64,000 bases of DNA, taken from NCBI GenBank assembly GCA_963924565.1, contig OZ004608.1, positions 1,922,001-1,986,000 on the forward strand, read 5' to 3'. Below the pieces are notes generated by a model that did no database searches, was not told the origin of the DNA, and saw nothing but the letters and a program-made list of their open reading frames with translations. Source of the stretch: Ascidiella aspersa. Its lineage: Eukaryota. How positions within the stretch are numbered: position 1 is the stretch's first letter; every line of letters starts with the position of its first letter. This document shows, one piece after another, positions 1 to 13,142 of the stretch. The translations under genes were made by a program, and so were the position numbers.

Positions 1-192
1 TGCGAAAAACTACAAACTCCCACCGCAAATTATTTCAATGACTCAAGTTTAACATAAACATCTTACACGCGTAAACCCAAGATTTTTGTTATGGGGCATG
101 AACAAAGAAATGACGTCACTAAGTTACGTCAAAACGTGACGTCATTAATAAGTGGCCATACGAACACCATACACAGTTCGTTTTTTTTACAC

Positions 193-419
193 CAGGGGTT
201 CCCAACCTGCGGGCCATGAGCTTTTTTCAAGGGGGGCACAAAACATTAAACAATATTATTTTTTTTAGTTTATCATCTCTAAGTCTTCTCCATTCTAACT
301 ACCGGTTACTGTATAAACCATTTTTTTTAATTAAAATGACGTTTCCTAATTTTAAGGGGGGCATTGATTTCTCAAAATTTTTAAAGGGGCCACCATATAA
401 AAAAGGTTGGGAATCCCTG
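193..419. mobile_element. hAT (Charlie-like) MITE
   Basis: TIRs caggggttcccaacct / aggttgggaatccctg; degenerate 8-bp TSD ttacacac/ctatacac. Confidence 0.7.
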
Positions 420-620
420 CTATACACACTTCGTTTTTTTGTGTTTTTTTTCTTAGGCTGGAGTGGAAAACTACGAATTTATTTGTTTTAACTAAGTTGT
501 CCAAACTTTTAATTTTGGTGGTGCGGTGAGACGCACGGTGCTTATGGGCTTAAACACATTTAACATGCACCAAGAACAAATTTGAGTTTTTGCATTCACG
601 TTTAAGATAAGCGGAAAAAC

Positions 621-820
621 TTGTTCGCAATTTATGTTTGAAAAAAGCCTTCAAAAAATTAGGAAGCCGGAAAGCAGGGCTTTAGAATAATGTTTCCGCA
701 CTGAGGGTCCATGGACCCTAAAAGGAATCAAAATAAAGCTTGTAGGTATTAAGTCTATTACGAAAGCACTCGTAAAATGGAAAAAGAAAAATATTTTTTT
801 TTTGTTGATATCTAAGTATT
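621..820 (+). repeat. ~200-bp direct repeat, second copy at ~3035-3230
   Basis: ttgttcgcaatttatgtttgaaaaaa...aagcttgtaggtattaagtctattacgaaagcactcgtaaaatgg...gttgatatct occurs at both positions with few differences. Confidence 0.9.
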
Positions 821-1184
821 GAAAGAAGCGGAAAAACATATGTTGACCCTCCCTTCTTGGATCAGACTCTAAAGTCTCATCAGAAATAAAACGCAACAGA
901 AATGTATGCGAGTCTTTCTGTGAGTGGCAGGACTTTCCCGACTTAGCTTCACCTCTGACCCTAAACCACAGAGACCTTTTTAATAAGCCACTAGGTTGAA
1001 GAACGAGCTGTCGGGAAAAAACTCCAAAGTATTTTATCACTCGTCTCATTTCTTACCGCAGCGTTGGGTCGTCGCAAGTACAAATATCCCAGGGGATTAT
1101 TGGGGCATCTGCAAGACATCGGGTTATTGCCGAACCCACATTAACCGATATCCGAAACCTGCAACAAGTGGTGGCTTGATATAA

Positions 1185-1345
1185 GGGATGTTCGATTCTA
1201 GACATTTTATTTCAAACCGACACTCGATATTTTGAACAAAACTATCTCGATCCGAATCGATACAAATGACGTCATTGTTATGCCAAAGTAAGCAAAATAT
1301 ATAAAATTAAAACGTTTAAAGCGATTTTTAGAATTTTTTTAATTT
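1185..1345 (+). repeat. Dispersed repeat carrying TGACGTCA (gggatg..cgatac...atacaaatgacgtcat)
   Basis: Related copies at ~10290-10394(-), 29440-29525(-), 38125-38203(-), 39310-39460, 44057-44230, 52834-52925 and 54178-54259(-). Confidence 0.75.
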
Positions 1346-4079
1346 TTTAGACCTGCTTTTGACACTTTAAGAAGTTAAGTTACCTCTGGTTGTTGACATT
1401 GTAGATTGTAGGGTGATTTAATTCTGCATATTTAAATCCGCAAGCTGTTTACTTTTGCAAATGTCTGACAAACTCTATCTCATATTTTCGTGTTGTTATG
1501 AGGTTGTCAGGTCAAACTATGCAGAGCTTTAATCAAAAATGCATAACCTGACGCTTGGTGTACAAAGGCCAAGATATAAGCGACGGGCTTATGTGTAGAA
1601 AAGCAGATTCGTGGAGATACGACCGAAAAGGTCATTGATCTATGAACGCAAGATACAAAATAGGCCAAGACTTTGTAAAATCACGTTCCATATCAAAATG
1701 CTACCAAACCTTTTTTGTGTAAGACATTCATGTAAACAAAAATTATATATCTATAATATTTAACAATTGCGTCACATCTTTTATAAGTGGTGCTTTGAAT
1801 TACTTCTTCTTCGAATTAACTAAAGTTCGTATCGAAACGTCGAAATCAAAATGATGTCGATCTACTCGACCTTTTTGGCTTTGCAACTCACTATCAAGCT
1901 ATAATATTTAACTTCTGTTACCTGAACGTATTGCTTTATATAATTGTTGTTTCCAGTATTTGATAAATCTTTATGAGAGATAACAGCTGGAGGTTGTAGT
2001 TAAATGTACACATGGCAACAAAGCCCTTACTTATAGGAGTATGTGTCATTTAAAAAAAAAAGATTTAAAATGTTCAAACGTCTTTGTGGGGTTTGATATT
2101 CAACACGGATAAATGTCAACATATTAATATAAACTAAATATACCCCTAGTGTAGATTCTAAGCCGTTTAGCTCCGAATAGTTACATGTGTGGCAGTTATA
2201 TGTTTATAATAAGAGATCACTTGGCAAGCGCGGCCATATTGCGTCTCCAAGCGTCGTTGATTGAATCCCGTTTCATCTCTCCTACATTATTAATGCCAGC
2301 TCTTAAGGTCCCCAATATCCCGCTTGTGGATTTATTGCGACTCGTTTCACTTTTGCCGTTAAGTCTTCCCGTTTAATCACAACGCAAAGATTCACTTGGA
2401 TCGATTGTTCGCTTCCCCAGTTCTGACTTCTCTTATTGCGTACAAAGGTTAGAGTTTTCGTTCTGAACATGCGCCTGAATCTTAATGGTGAAAAACAAAT
2501 GATTCTGGTTGCACATCAATAATGAATATCAAACTAGCAGGCGCTGCAAATCTTATTAAAACTGAAAATCAGTTTGTTTGGATGTCATGCGATTAATATA
2601 TTTCACTCCTAAAAGCATTATTGGTAGCTTACCTCAATAAAGGCGTAAAATCGTTGTTTTTTGAAGCGTTTTTTTATTGATTCCGTTAGGATGGTTAGAT
2701 GGAATCAGTTTTAATCTACTTTTTAGTTCTGCAAAATACAATTTATTCAACATGCTTTTGTGGTCCAACTATTATAACCGCAAAAATGGAAACGGAAAAT
2801 ACAACTTCATGATTTTGAAATACTGCCCTAATCGCTTGATATTTCGGACCGTGTTTCCAAACATCTTTGTCTAATTTGCTTGAATTTGCCGTTTTGTCTC
2901 TTAGGGTAATTTTAACCAAGTCTTCCCTTTTGGGGTTCACAATTCTTAGCTCCATATTGCCTCGATAAAGGTATAAGATTTTGCACAAACATTAGTCATG
3001 GTGATAGACCATCGCACAATTCGTGTTTTCTGGTTTGTTCGCAATTTATGTTTGAAAAAATCTTTAAAAAATTAGAAAGCCGGAAAGCAGGGCTTTAGAA
3101 TAATGCTTTCGCAATGAGGGTCCACGGACCCCAAAAGAAATCAAAATAAAGCTTGTAGGTATTAAGTCTATTACGAAAGCACTCGTAAAATGGAAAAAGA
3201 AAAATATTTTGTGTTGATATCTTAAGTATTGTTAGTTGGACACAGCATTACGTTTAAAGTGCGTCAGTGTTTTACAAAGTCTGGGCTAAAAAATAGAGGT
3301 CGGCAGGCTTAAAACCACTGCCTGTGATGTTTTTTGTGAGTGTTTTGCCATAAAACGCATTATTTAGGAAGAACTGAGAATGCTTTTTTGACAAAGCTTG
3401 TATATCAACTTCAACAATGTCTTATCTTATACCTTTGTCGTTTTTTTTTTTTTGGGGGGGGGGGGTATTTTTTTGCAAGTTTTATAAACGCTAAAATTTT
3501 CCCTATAGATAGATATTTCTCAACCTTTACCATTTTAACATACTGTGCCACCTCTTTTTAGGAAATCAACTAAGATTTAAACATTTTCCTGCTATTGGCG
3601 TGGCCCACTTACAACTCAAAAACAAAAAATCAATCTTAGAGCATTTTGATTTCAATGCTATAACCCTCGGCTGCAATTCTGCAATGATTAATCCCTGTGG
3701 ATTGGCAGCATATGCCCAACTGTCCATATCGTGTATGTGTGCAACGCTAAACGAATCACGAGCCTTTATAAACGCAACAAGCCAAAGGTGTTCTCACAAT
3801 AAAATGTATTAAAACCCTCTCAGGTAATTCGATTCGAGACGAACCGATTCTCGCAAAGTAAAAAGCCGGGAAGCAGATGGCAGTACGTAACATGAACGAC
3901 AAAAAGCACATTTTATCACAGAAACCACGAAAATAACGTTAAAATAAATAGGTACTTAAGCAGACACTAGTGTAATTATATAAGACGGCAACGCTGTGGC
4001 CCGCTTCATTGAGATGCAGCAAAAGAAGAAGAAAGAAGTTTGAAGAAGTTTTTCTAGTTTGCGGCGCTGGTTACGACTC

Positions 4080-7000
4080 CTACTTGCGACTTGACACCCA
4101 TTCGTAGTTGCTCTGTAAAACAAATAATAATAAATTAAGCTTTAGCAAACAGTTGCTACAATTTCTTTTAAAATTACCTTTTGGTTAAAATTCTTATAGC
4201 ATTGTTTAATTTTCTTAATTATCAAGCGTTCAAACTTGCTTTATATAAAACAAAAATTGTACTTAACATGTACTTAAATGCTTATATATAGTAAACGTTT
4301 TGGTATTTAATAGTCCCTACAATTTTCGTTTTTTTTGTATTTTAGTTTTTTTAGTTAAATCTTGTTCTGCATAATATTGTAAACGTTTTTGTTTAGTCTC
4401 CAAAACTTAAAACCTTTAAAACGACCCCAGGGTTGCACGGTTTAGCAAATGACAGTTTGTATTTTTTAAGTCAGTTTTCAATCCACTTTTCGAGAACGCA
4501 TATTCGGTTTCCTGCAGCTTTGTAAGGTCAACCTCCGATGGAAGCCATTAGAGCGGCTTAAATGAAAAAAAAAGTATTTTTTCGGTTTTATTTTAAAATA
4601 ACTTTTCGCAGAAAACTGTTGATGATTCATTACCATAACACGTGAAATTTGCGCGAATTTAAGCGCTATAATTATTATCATTTGAGACAATTCAGCCACG
4701 CTAGCATACTTTTAAAAGCATGTTAAAAAAATGGGATTTTTTATCATTTTTTTATTTTTTAAAATTGTTGAAGCTATCGTTCTACAAAAACGTTTTTCTG
4801 AACTGTAATTTATAGTGACTTTTTTGGCGTTTTTTTTCGTTTCTCGTGCTCCGCGTTTTTGTTTTTTTGACGTTTATTTTGTGTGTTTTAATATTTTTTG
4901 TTGCAAATTACAAAATTTGTAAACTGTAAGAATACTCACAGAAAATGGTGTGGACTCTTCCTTTTCTTTCAAAGTGTCTCTGGCCAGCGCCTGGAAATAA
5001 AAGCGAGGTTAGAATCGATGGAGCAACCTTAAAGTGACGCAAAGTCGAACCAACGTCAGAATTAATGCGACCGCTCGCTACAATCCCAGCGGAAACAATC
5101 ACAGCCTTCGGATTATTTCGACGTCAACTCGCTAATCAGGGCTAAACGGGTCAACCGAACGCTTTAGAGCTGCCACCAGTAATTTGAAATAAATCGAATG
5201 CAAATTGTATAAACACTGACATTTTTGCTCATCTACCCTGCTATATATAAACTCTTGCTACAAGGCATAATATTAATCAAATAATATTTTATGTTTATGA
5301 AAGCTGCATAACAATGCTATTTAATTACCAGTGGAGCTAATATTTTATTACCCTGATATAGGCTTTTAGTTTTTACCATTATAGTAGAAATTTTATTCAA
5401 ATCTGAGTCGGTTGTTATTTTTTTAAAACAATCGAATAAGACCAAGAAAAGTTTGTCAATTTTTTTTTATTTAAATTATGTTGTAACAACGAACTTCAAG
5501 GCAAATCTATTTTTTCCCTAACAAGAAATGAGCCGCTCACTCGCAGGGTTTAACAATTTGAATAAAACGAAGTAAAAAAGTTTTTAAAATAAAAAACAAC
5601 ATTATGGATTTTGGGATTTTCCCTCAAAACTACAAAATGAGTACGCCTGTACAGAAGTCAGATGTAAAAAAATAAACAATAAATTAAATATTAAAACGGG
5701 CCAAAAAATTCTTCGAAACGTTTAAAATTCTATTTACTTCTGTATGGGCTTTGATATTCTTACTACGTCCAACTACAACCTCCAGCCATTATCTTAATTT
5801 TTATTCGAAACTTACTACAAACAGCAATCAAGCCCCTCACCCGCAGTATTTGCAGCAGTGTAGCTCTGTTGTCTTGCTGCACAGCGTTGCTTATGGCGTC
5901 GTCGTACTTGCCATAGTTGACCGAGGCCCCCGAGGCCTGGCGCCGGCTGGCCGTCCGGTAGTTCAGGCCCTGGTCTCCCCCCGAGGCCGGAACCGGGCCG
6001 GCCGCAAAATCGGCGGTGTCCCTGAAACAAATTAAAAAATGTAGTTGTACTAATCAGTTTCTGGATAAAATTGAAATTAATGATATTTCAGTCTTTTTCG
6101 ACAAATCAGCGTTTTCACCAAAATAAAAATAAGAATTTGTCGTTTTTTCAAACTCTAATTTAAAAATTGGATAAAAATCTTTTTGGTAAAGTTAATACTA
6201 AATAATTTATCTTTCAAAAACTTCTGAGACGTTTCTGTCTTTTTTGATATAATTAATTCCAACTATATTATGCATTACAATTGACTTTCCGCTTATACGA
6301 AGATTTGTATCAAATAAGTTTTAGTAAAAATGTTGTTTCGTTGGTTTTAAAAAACACAAAAGCGCTTTTCTGGAAAAAAAATTATGTTTTTTGTCCGAAA
6401 TTAAAACCGAATCCTACCCAGTTTCCACGAAAAAATGGTTACATTTTCATCAATAAAAAATTAAATACCAATTTTGAACGCACTAAAATAAGTTAGGACA
6501 ATATGGAGCCAATTAGTCACAGTTTAAAAGTGTTTTTTATTAGCTTTGAAGGCCGTCGTCAATCAAGACACGAAAATAGATTTCTGATCGATAGTGGTTC
6601 GGCAGTTAAGGCCGCTGCATCGACTAACTCTGACTAAATAGCTTATATTTGACCATAAAGCACAAACTGTAGTGGATTGCTACCTTAAGTCTTATAAACA
6701 ACATACAACTTTCGTTTTTTTTGGGCGACATATTTCAACCTTATAGATCGTGCTTCTAAATCTTGTATATTTTTTCATCGCCTTTAATTTAAGGCAGTTA
6801 GAATTTAACTTTACAGATTCTGCGTCCATCCATTTTTTTTTGTCGTCGTAAATTAACCTGGTTGATCGAGCTTTTAATATTTTATGTTGTTGCCTTTAAT
6901 TCACGGCAACAAAAATCCTGAGATTTTGCCTACATTTTTCGGCCCAATTCATTAAAAGTAATAAAAACCTTCAATTGTACGTTATTTTTTTCGACTTTTA

Positions 7001-7328
7001 TTCAAGGTGATCCAATACCCTAAAAACCACTTCGTCAATTTTTGTTCAGCCCATTTTGTTTAAATTTTTGTCAACACATTTTGTCAACATAAAAAAATGG
7101 AACATTTTGCTTTAAAATTTCCCAATTTTTTTAAATTATTTTAGACCTATAACCGAAGATACGCATCGGGAACCGAAATTAAAGCAAACTGTAGATAACA
7201 CACCTTTTTCCTCCGGTGTTTTGGAGTCCTGGTTTCCACCACTTGGTCCAATGTCCTGCTTCTGAAGCAGAAACAGCAGCGAAGAATAGAGCAAGTGCCA
7301 GGGTTAGGTTAGAAGCGTAGTGCGCCAT
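4080..7328 (-). CDS. GnRH-related (GnRH-X-like) neuropeptide precursor, 129 aa, 4 coding exons: 7328-7204, 6021-5841, 4990-4940, 4112-4080
   Basis: Manual splicing (donors gtgtgt/gtgagg/gtgagt; acceptors ttgtttcag/tatttccag/gttttacag; 125+181+51+33=390 nt, in phase) gives MAHYASNLTLALALFFAAVSASEA-GHWTKWWKPGLQNTG-GKR-DTADFAAGPVPASGGDQGLNYRTAS-RR-QASGASVNYGKYDDAISNAVQQDNRATLLQILRALARDTLKEKEESTPFSSNYEWVSSRK*. It has a hydrophobic signal peptide, an xHWxxWWxPG GnRH-type motif and a GKR amidation/cleavage site. Exons 1-2 are the most secure; exons 3-4 are inferred from splice signals. Confidence 0.85.
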
Positions 7329-9224
7329 TTCTTGCTTGAAGGAGATCAGTTTAAATAAGTTAAATAAATATAACAGTGTATGTCGGTTACTTCACAGTAG
7401 AGATTATAACAGCAGGTGTTCGTCGCTTTTTCTGGAAAAAATAAATCAATTTTTGGGTTCTGGTGCGCTTAACGATGAATTCAAAGTGGGAAGTTTTTTT
7501 CAGAAAGTTTTCTGAAATGCTACTCTAGCTTAAAGAGCTTTATCACATTTTCCCCCAAATTTTAAAACTCTTTTCCAACCGATAAAAATAAAAATAGATG
7601 GGGCTGCAAATAAAGTAAATCTGCAGACTTCTAGACCAGAGTAAAGAAAAATAGCACACACTCTTTACGTTATGTAAAACAAATAATTCCGCATTTTTTG
7701 CCGACCTACGCAGAAAATTAGCGCGCAATTCCTAATATCGGCAAAAGCAAACAGTTCCGTATTGTTTAAGTAGGTTAAGACACGTATTGACCACGCAATC
7801 CCAAAATCCAGCAAACAAAAAAACAGTTTTTAACCGGGTTTCCGAAAACTCAACACACAACCCCGCATTAAAACATTGCAGAGCCTGTACAAGCACAAGG
7901 CACAACCCTGGTCAGACCCATCTGCGCGAACCAGCGGCAGGCGCTGGCCGAATGCATCCAATTCTTGCCGCACCGTGCTTTTATAATCCCCACGCGCCAA
8001 AAAGTAAACAACACTTTTTCCCGAGCGACATCTCTCTTTACGCGAGCGGCGTCGGCCTAAAAATAGGGCTTTTCCACCCGGTGTTACGTCGTTACAGAGG
8101 CCACAGACCTGAAATTGGCCCGCTAATGTGGCCCCGAAAAGCGGCAAAACGTAAGGGCTACTTTTAAGCACTACATGCTTCTTTATTTGTGCGCGAAACT
8201 AGATTCGTACGTAAAGCGGGAACCTTGAAGTTAAGCGTTAAATGTTTTTAGGTATGTTGATGTTACAGCTTGCTTTAGTGGTAGTATATGATTGATTGAA
8301 TATGCCAGTTAGAAAGTTAAACATTTTAGAAGTAACACTTTTTTCGAAGATAGCAAAATAACTAACACATCGGCATCCATTAAAAAGCTAATAAGCGAAA
8401 ATAGATGAGCAATTGAGCCTGTAAAATGGAAATCTTGAAGTTAAACTGGTTTTACAGATATTAAAGATAATTTTGCCTTAACTACATTTTAAAGAACAAC
8501 GCTCACAAGAATGGCATGGAAATATTTAAGGTCCGACTACGCAGAAATCTTTAAATCTTACTTTATTCATATTTGACACCAATAATGCCAACTCAGTACA
8601 TAAGGCAAACTAAGTTCAAATAAAATGTAAACATTTTGCTAAACTTTGGTTAAAATTAGTTTAAGGAATTTTTATGTTTATAATTGCACAAAGTTTTGAG
8701 GCTTTGAAAAAAGTCAGATTTTTGCTAAAAAAGAGTAGATTTTGCGGTTTTGGCGACAATAAAACAAAATCGTAGATCAATTCGTTTATTTTTTAGTCCA
8801 AAAAAGATTTGAAAAGATGACTTTTCTAAAGTCTCTGCGCAGAGCATCGTCCAGCAAACAGGTTATAGTGAGTACGAGTATTCGAAATACGTCAAAGTGT
8901 CAACATCACTTCCATCCCTGCGCTGGCCCAAAAGTGCGGCCGTTCTGCGCGCGCGTCACAGACAATCGAGCGCGCCCCTACGTCACAATGCCAGGGGCGT
9001 CACGTGAGCCGCAATGCACACAGGCTCCCCAAACCCGAAGTAATTGCCCGACCGTCTTTTCTCCCCAAAACACGAGTTTGAAGGTGACGGGGAAAACGAA
9101 CAAGTTTTAAACGACTTTAAAAAGCTCGTAATTGCAGCAGCGCGGGTTCATTGACCCGTGACCCTTGCGCAGAGTTTCCACTTTTAACGATTGATTGCTC
9201 TCGGTGTTATTTTGGAGCGTAAAG

Positions 9225-9470
9225 GTTGGAGGTTGTAGTTGGGTGTCTAAAGCCCATACAGAAGTAGGTATCACTTTGTGAACGTTTCTAATAAATATTA
9301 CTTGATTTTTAACATCTAGGATTTGATCGAAACGTTCACAAAATGCTTTCTATACTTCTGCATGGGCTTCGATATTCGTTCTACATCTAACTACAACCTC
9401 CAATAATTATCCTAAGAAATATTTGAAAGTTTCACAAAATGCTAACTGCTTCTGTATGGGCTTGATATTC
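9225..9470. mobile_element. Copy of the foldback MITE family plus an adjacent half copy
   Basis: tggaggttgtagtt...aaagcccatacagaagtagg ... tacttctgcatgggct...aactacaacctcca. Confidence 0.7.
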
Positions 9471-12423
9471 GTTCCCTGGTGAAATTTTCTTCCGCGCCAA
9501 TAAATCCCCTTGATTTGAGCAAATCGCTTTTCCGCAATTTCAAGGCCAATCCGGCGAGACATGACTTGCTTTAATATTTATTATTCGCGCCAAGCAATCG
9601 TGTTTGGTTAAATTAAAGCAAATTAACATTAAATGCGAGAAAATTAATTTAGTTGGATTAGGAACTTCAATCGCGAATGTGGACCTTCCCTGACCAAGAA
9701 TGGCTTCCAATAGATTTGGAGATATTTTCACAAATATTGTCAAGAATTGGCATTTAAAACACAAACTACGAAAAATATGAGTCGCCGTTTCAAAGTTTTT
9801 CCAACTTTAAGCAAGCCTTATTTTTTTAACTTAGACTTACATTTCAATTTTGATGATCGGGGATATGTTTTTTGAAACGCCATTACCCTAACCTTGATCA
9901 AGCAACTGCCACCACAAGCCATTTTATTGACTTTTACTGCACTTAATTATTTTATTGGGTCATTTTGTGAGTAAATAAACTGGAGGCTTTGTATGAAATG
10001 AGCTATTTTTACAACAGAAATTAAACCAAGACTATTTCAAAATAAACGTTGTTAGAAGGGTTGACAATCAAACATTTATTTTTATATACTGGTTCGCTGC
10101 ATTTGTTTTACGTTGGAAAATCAAAAACCTTTAAACTTTGAGATTAACGCGGTAAGTTTCACCTTGAAAGGGAAATGATCGAAAAAGAGTAGATTCAAAA
10201 TTAATGGTAACTTTTAACGCCCTAGCAAATTTTGATGTATTAAAACTGGAATATATGCTGCTGTATAATTAATCTTAAACTTTCAAAATTTATCTAGCTT
10301 CCTTATTATGACGTCATTTGGTATCGTATCGTATCGCGATACTTTTATCGAAAATATCGGGTATCGTAATAGAATGTTAAGTATCGGACATCCCTGGTGC
10401 CGCGAAATGTTTGTCGAACAAAAATCTCGCGAACCACTGATGTACGTGATCCAACCAGCCCGCATTGCTGAATCACCCAAAATTTCACCTCACTTGTGAC
10501 GTATAAAAGCCACGTCACGATATCGCCACGTCATAATGAGCTCGCGATCCGGTATCGCTCGAGGTTCTTTGTGACGCATTTAGGCGCATATAATTGCGGA
10601 ACACGGTTTTGCTTTCTTCGAAGGAAGGTCGATGAAGAATCTAATTGGCCCGAAAGTGTATTTTGAAGCGTCTTTGCGTGTTTTCAGCTGTTTGGGGCTT
10701 CGGGGTTAAATTGGGTAAATTGGGGCCGATGGAATTTCTTGCGTTTTACTCAATATTTGGTCGATTCATCTAACTTAAAAGTGACAGCGATTGGAATTAG
10801 CAAAAACAAAAGCCTTTAAAAATACATTTTCACCCCTTCGCTTAACTATGGCTACGAATCTATATAGAGCCAGATAAAAGTAAAAATCTACCATTATTAC
10901 TATATTCCACATGTTTTTTGGTTAGTGAGTAAAAATTCGTTGAAAATATAGCGCACTTTTTCGAGTAAAATAGTTATTGGCGCTCCCTTACTTTTGTAGA
11001 TATGCAGTACGGGTAATGTTCTTTTCTGCAGGGCTTCCGACAAAACCACACCCTATAGTAAGAATAACAAATCCCATGGGGAAGCATTTTGTCAACGTTT
11101 TAAATAAATCTTTATTTCTTTATTTAAAAACGAATAAAGATTTATTCTAAACGTTAAAAATGCTACTTACTTCTACGGACTTATTACTAATATTTAGTCC
11201 AGTTTTAAATTACGCTTTTAAAATCGTTACAACGGTGATAAATCGGCACTTTTATACGCGAAAAACAATTTATTTCTCTAAAAGTTACTCCAAAGTTGTT
11301 GTTAAGATTTATCGTCTTATCATTGTTCCGCGATCAGTTCTTGAAATTAATCGATCCTCCAAAAAAAAAACAACTCAATTCCGACGCTTCATAAACCGCC
11401 ACAACTTTTGATTTAATCAAATTCGATCTTAGTTTGAAATTGCGTCACGCAAAATCCCAAGAGACTTAATTTTGCGTCGCCGCTTTCTGATTGGATATTT
11501 CCTCGTATTTTGATAATGACGCGTTACGCGTAGAGCCAATCAGCTGCCATTACAAGGCTCGCTGAACTCAATTACTTACCGCTACGCTAAATAACACTCA
11601 ATTAAGGCTGCGTGTCACATATATTGGCTTTTTGCTTTTGCGATGTACTGCACGCTTTAAAATAAACCATTTTGCTCAACAAATAAATTGGATTTACTGT
11701 AACCAAAAACTGAATAAAAATCTCCCATCGCTAGGACCTGCGTTTGGATTATAAGTCAACATAATGTGGCTAACAGTGAATACACTTTACGGCGGCCGCT
11801 AATTTTATCAAATTTTGATTCCCTGAACTATTTCGCGCACTGCTAATGGCGAGTGTTCCGCAGGTTAATAAAGATTGCTGTGTCAACCTTTTATCTCGGC
11901 AACGCAAACACTTAAGATAAGCAAAACAGCGAAGCTTTAGCGGCACAATCTATTCAACGAACGTTTGTAAGCAAACAATACATAAAAAATTAATTTTTTT
12001 TTAAAGTTCGGATTTAATTATAACGATCCATGTCTTTGTAAATCCCCGAAAGTATTGGAGAAATTTTTTCGGAATAAATCTCAATAAATATCCATGTAAA
12101 CTACTGCAGTCGGCGACCAAATCAATTTTCAGTCACGGCCCATTTGTGGATAAACACTGATATAAGAGAATAACTACCGAATGCGGTTATAACAGCAAAA
12201 ATTAGTCCGGCGAATTTGGGAAACAGACAAAATTTAATTATGCCAGCGCAAAACCGCAGTTAAAGGGGTTACTAAACACTTCAAATTTGTAGCTGTATTG
12301 TACATATTCAACAGCTGAATTTGAAAGGGAATACATGTTTTTTTGAGCGTTATATAACGATCAACACCAGATGTTAGTTGAACAACGTCTAAAGACGTTA
12401 CAAGACGCACATATCACTTTCAC

Positions 12424-12760
12424 CAGGGGTGGGTAAACTAAGGCTCGTGGGCCAATTGCTTTCCTACAATGTAAATCATCTGGCCCGCCATATCTTTTAC
12501 AAACCGGACATGAGGCCAAACCTCATATTATTTGGCTATTTCGACTTGTTAAATGCGAAAATAGTTCGACTGTGCGCAAATATTGTGTCCATATCTACTT
12601 AAGCTAAAACTACGCATTTTAACAACATTAATTACAATTACCAGGGGAGCTGTTTTTAACAGCACGGAGAGCTTTCTTGGTTTGGTTTTGGCCCGCGATT
12701 AGAAAAGTTTGTCCGTCACTTGGATTTGGCCTAGGACTGGGAAAAATTTGCCAATCCCTG
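12424..12760. mobile_element. Degenerate hAT-like MITE
   Basis: Termini caggggtgggtaaact / aatttgccaatccctg, with internal ggcccgc motifs like those of Charlie-type MITEs. Confidence 0.5.
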
Positions 12761-13142
12761 ACTGACGCAATCGTTATTATTTGTTAATCAGAAAAGAAGG
12801 TATGGATAGGCGAAATAATTATATATATCAAGTGGCAAAAATTTTCGTTTTAAAGAGTTCTATGCTACGAATAAATTTCCACTTAAAAGTTTTCGTGCGC
12901 ACGTCGCCTTTGGACTGAGAAGATTAACTTAAAATACAAATCTGCGCCAAACAAATGGGATCCGCGCAAACAGTTTTTGCGTTTAGTTTAAATAGTCAAA
13001 AAAATGTGAGATTGTCTCGTATACAGTTTGTAAAAGAGGTTTTATTTTTGGGGTCGTATATTTTACCAACCCATGTTTTGGATTATCGCCAGCGTATTTT
13101 GGTGGCAATTCTTCCCAGTGTACACTTTTGAGTTATTGTTGC

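Noticed and set aside
2006-2019. X-box-like GTACACATGGCAAC
   Set aside because: Mismatch in the left half-site, adjacent to a MITE fragment, and no associated gene start.
4440-4511. Alternative acceptor (aaagctgcag) as last exon of the neuropeptide gene
   Set aside because: It has no pyrimidine tract and runs into AT-rich sequence. The acceptor at 4113 is much stronger and ends cleanly.
5751-6035. ORF-track ORFs 5751-6035(+) and 5815-6030(-)
   Set aside because: These are antisense and off-frame shadows of GC-rich exon 2 of the neuropeptide gene. The spliced frame is a different one.
7787-9110. ORFs of 97-126 aa in GC-rich patches
   Set aside because: No recognisable domain or convincing splice chain; better explained as CpG-rich regulatory DNA.
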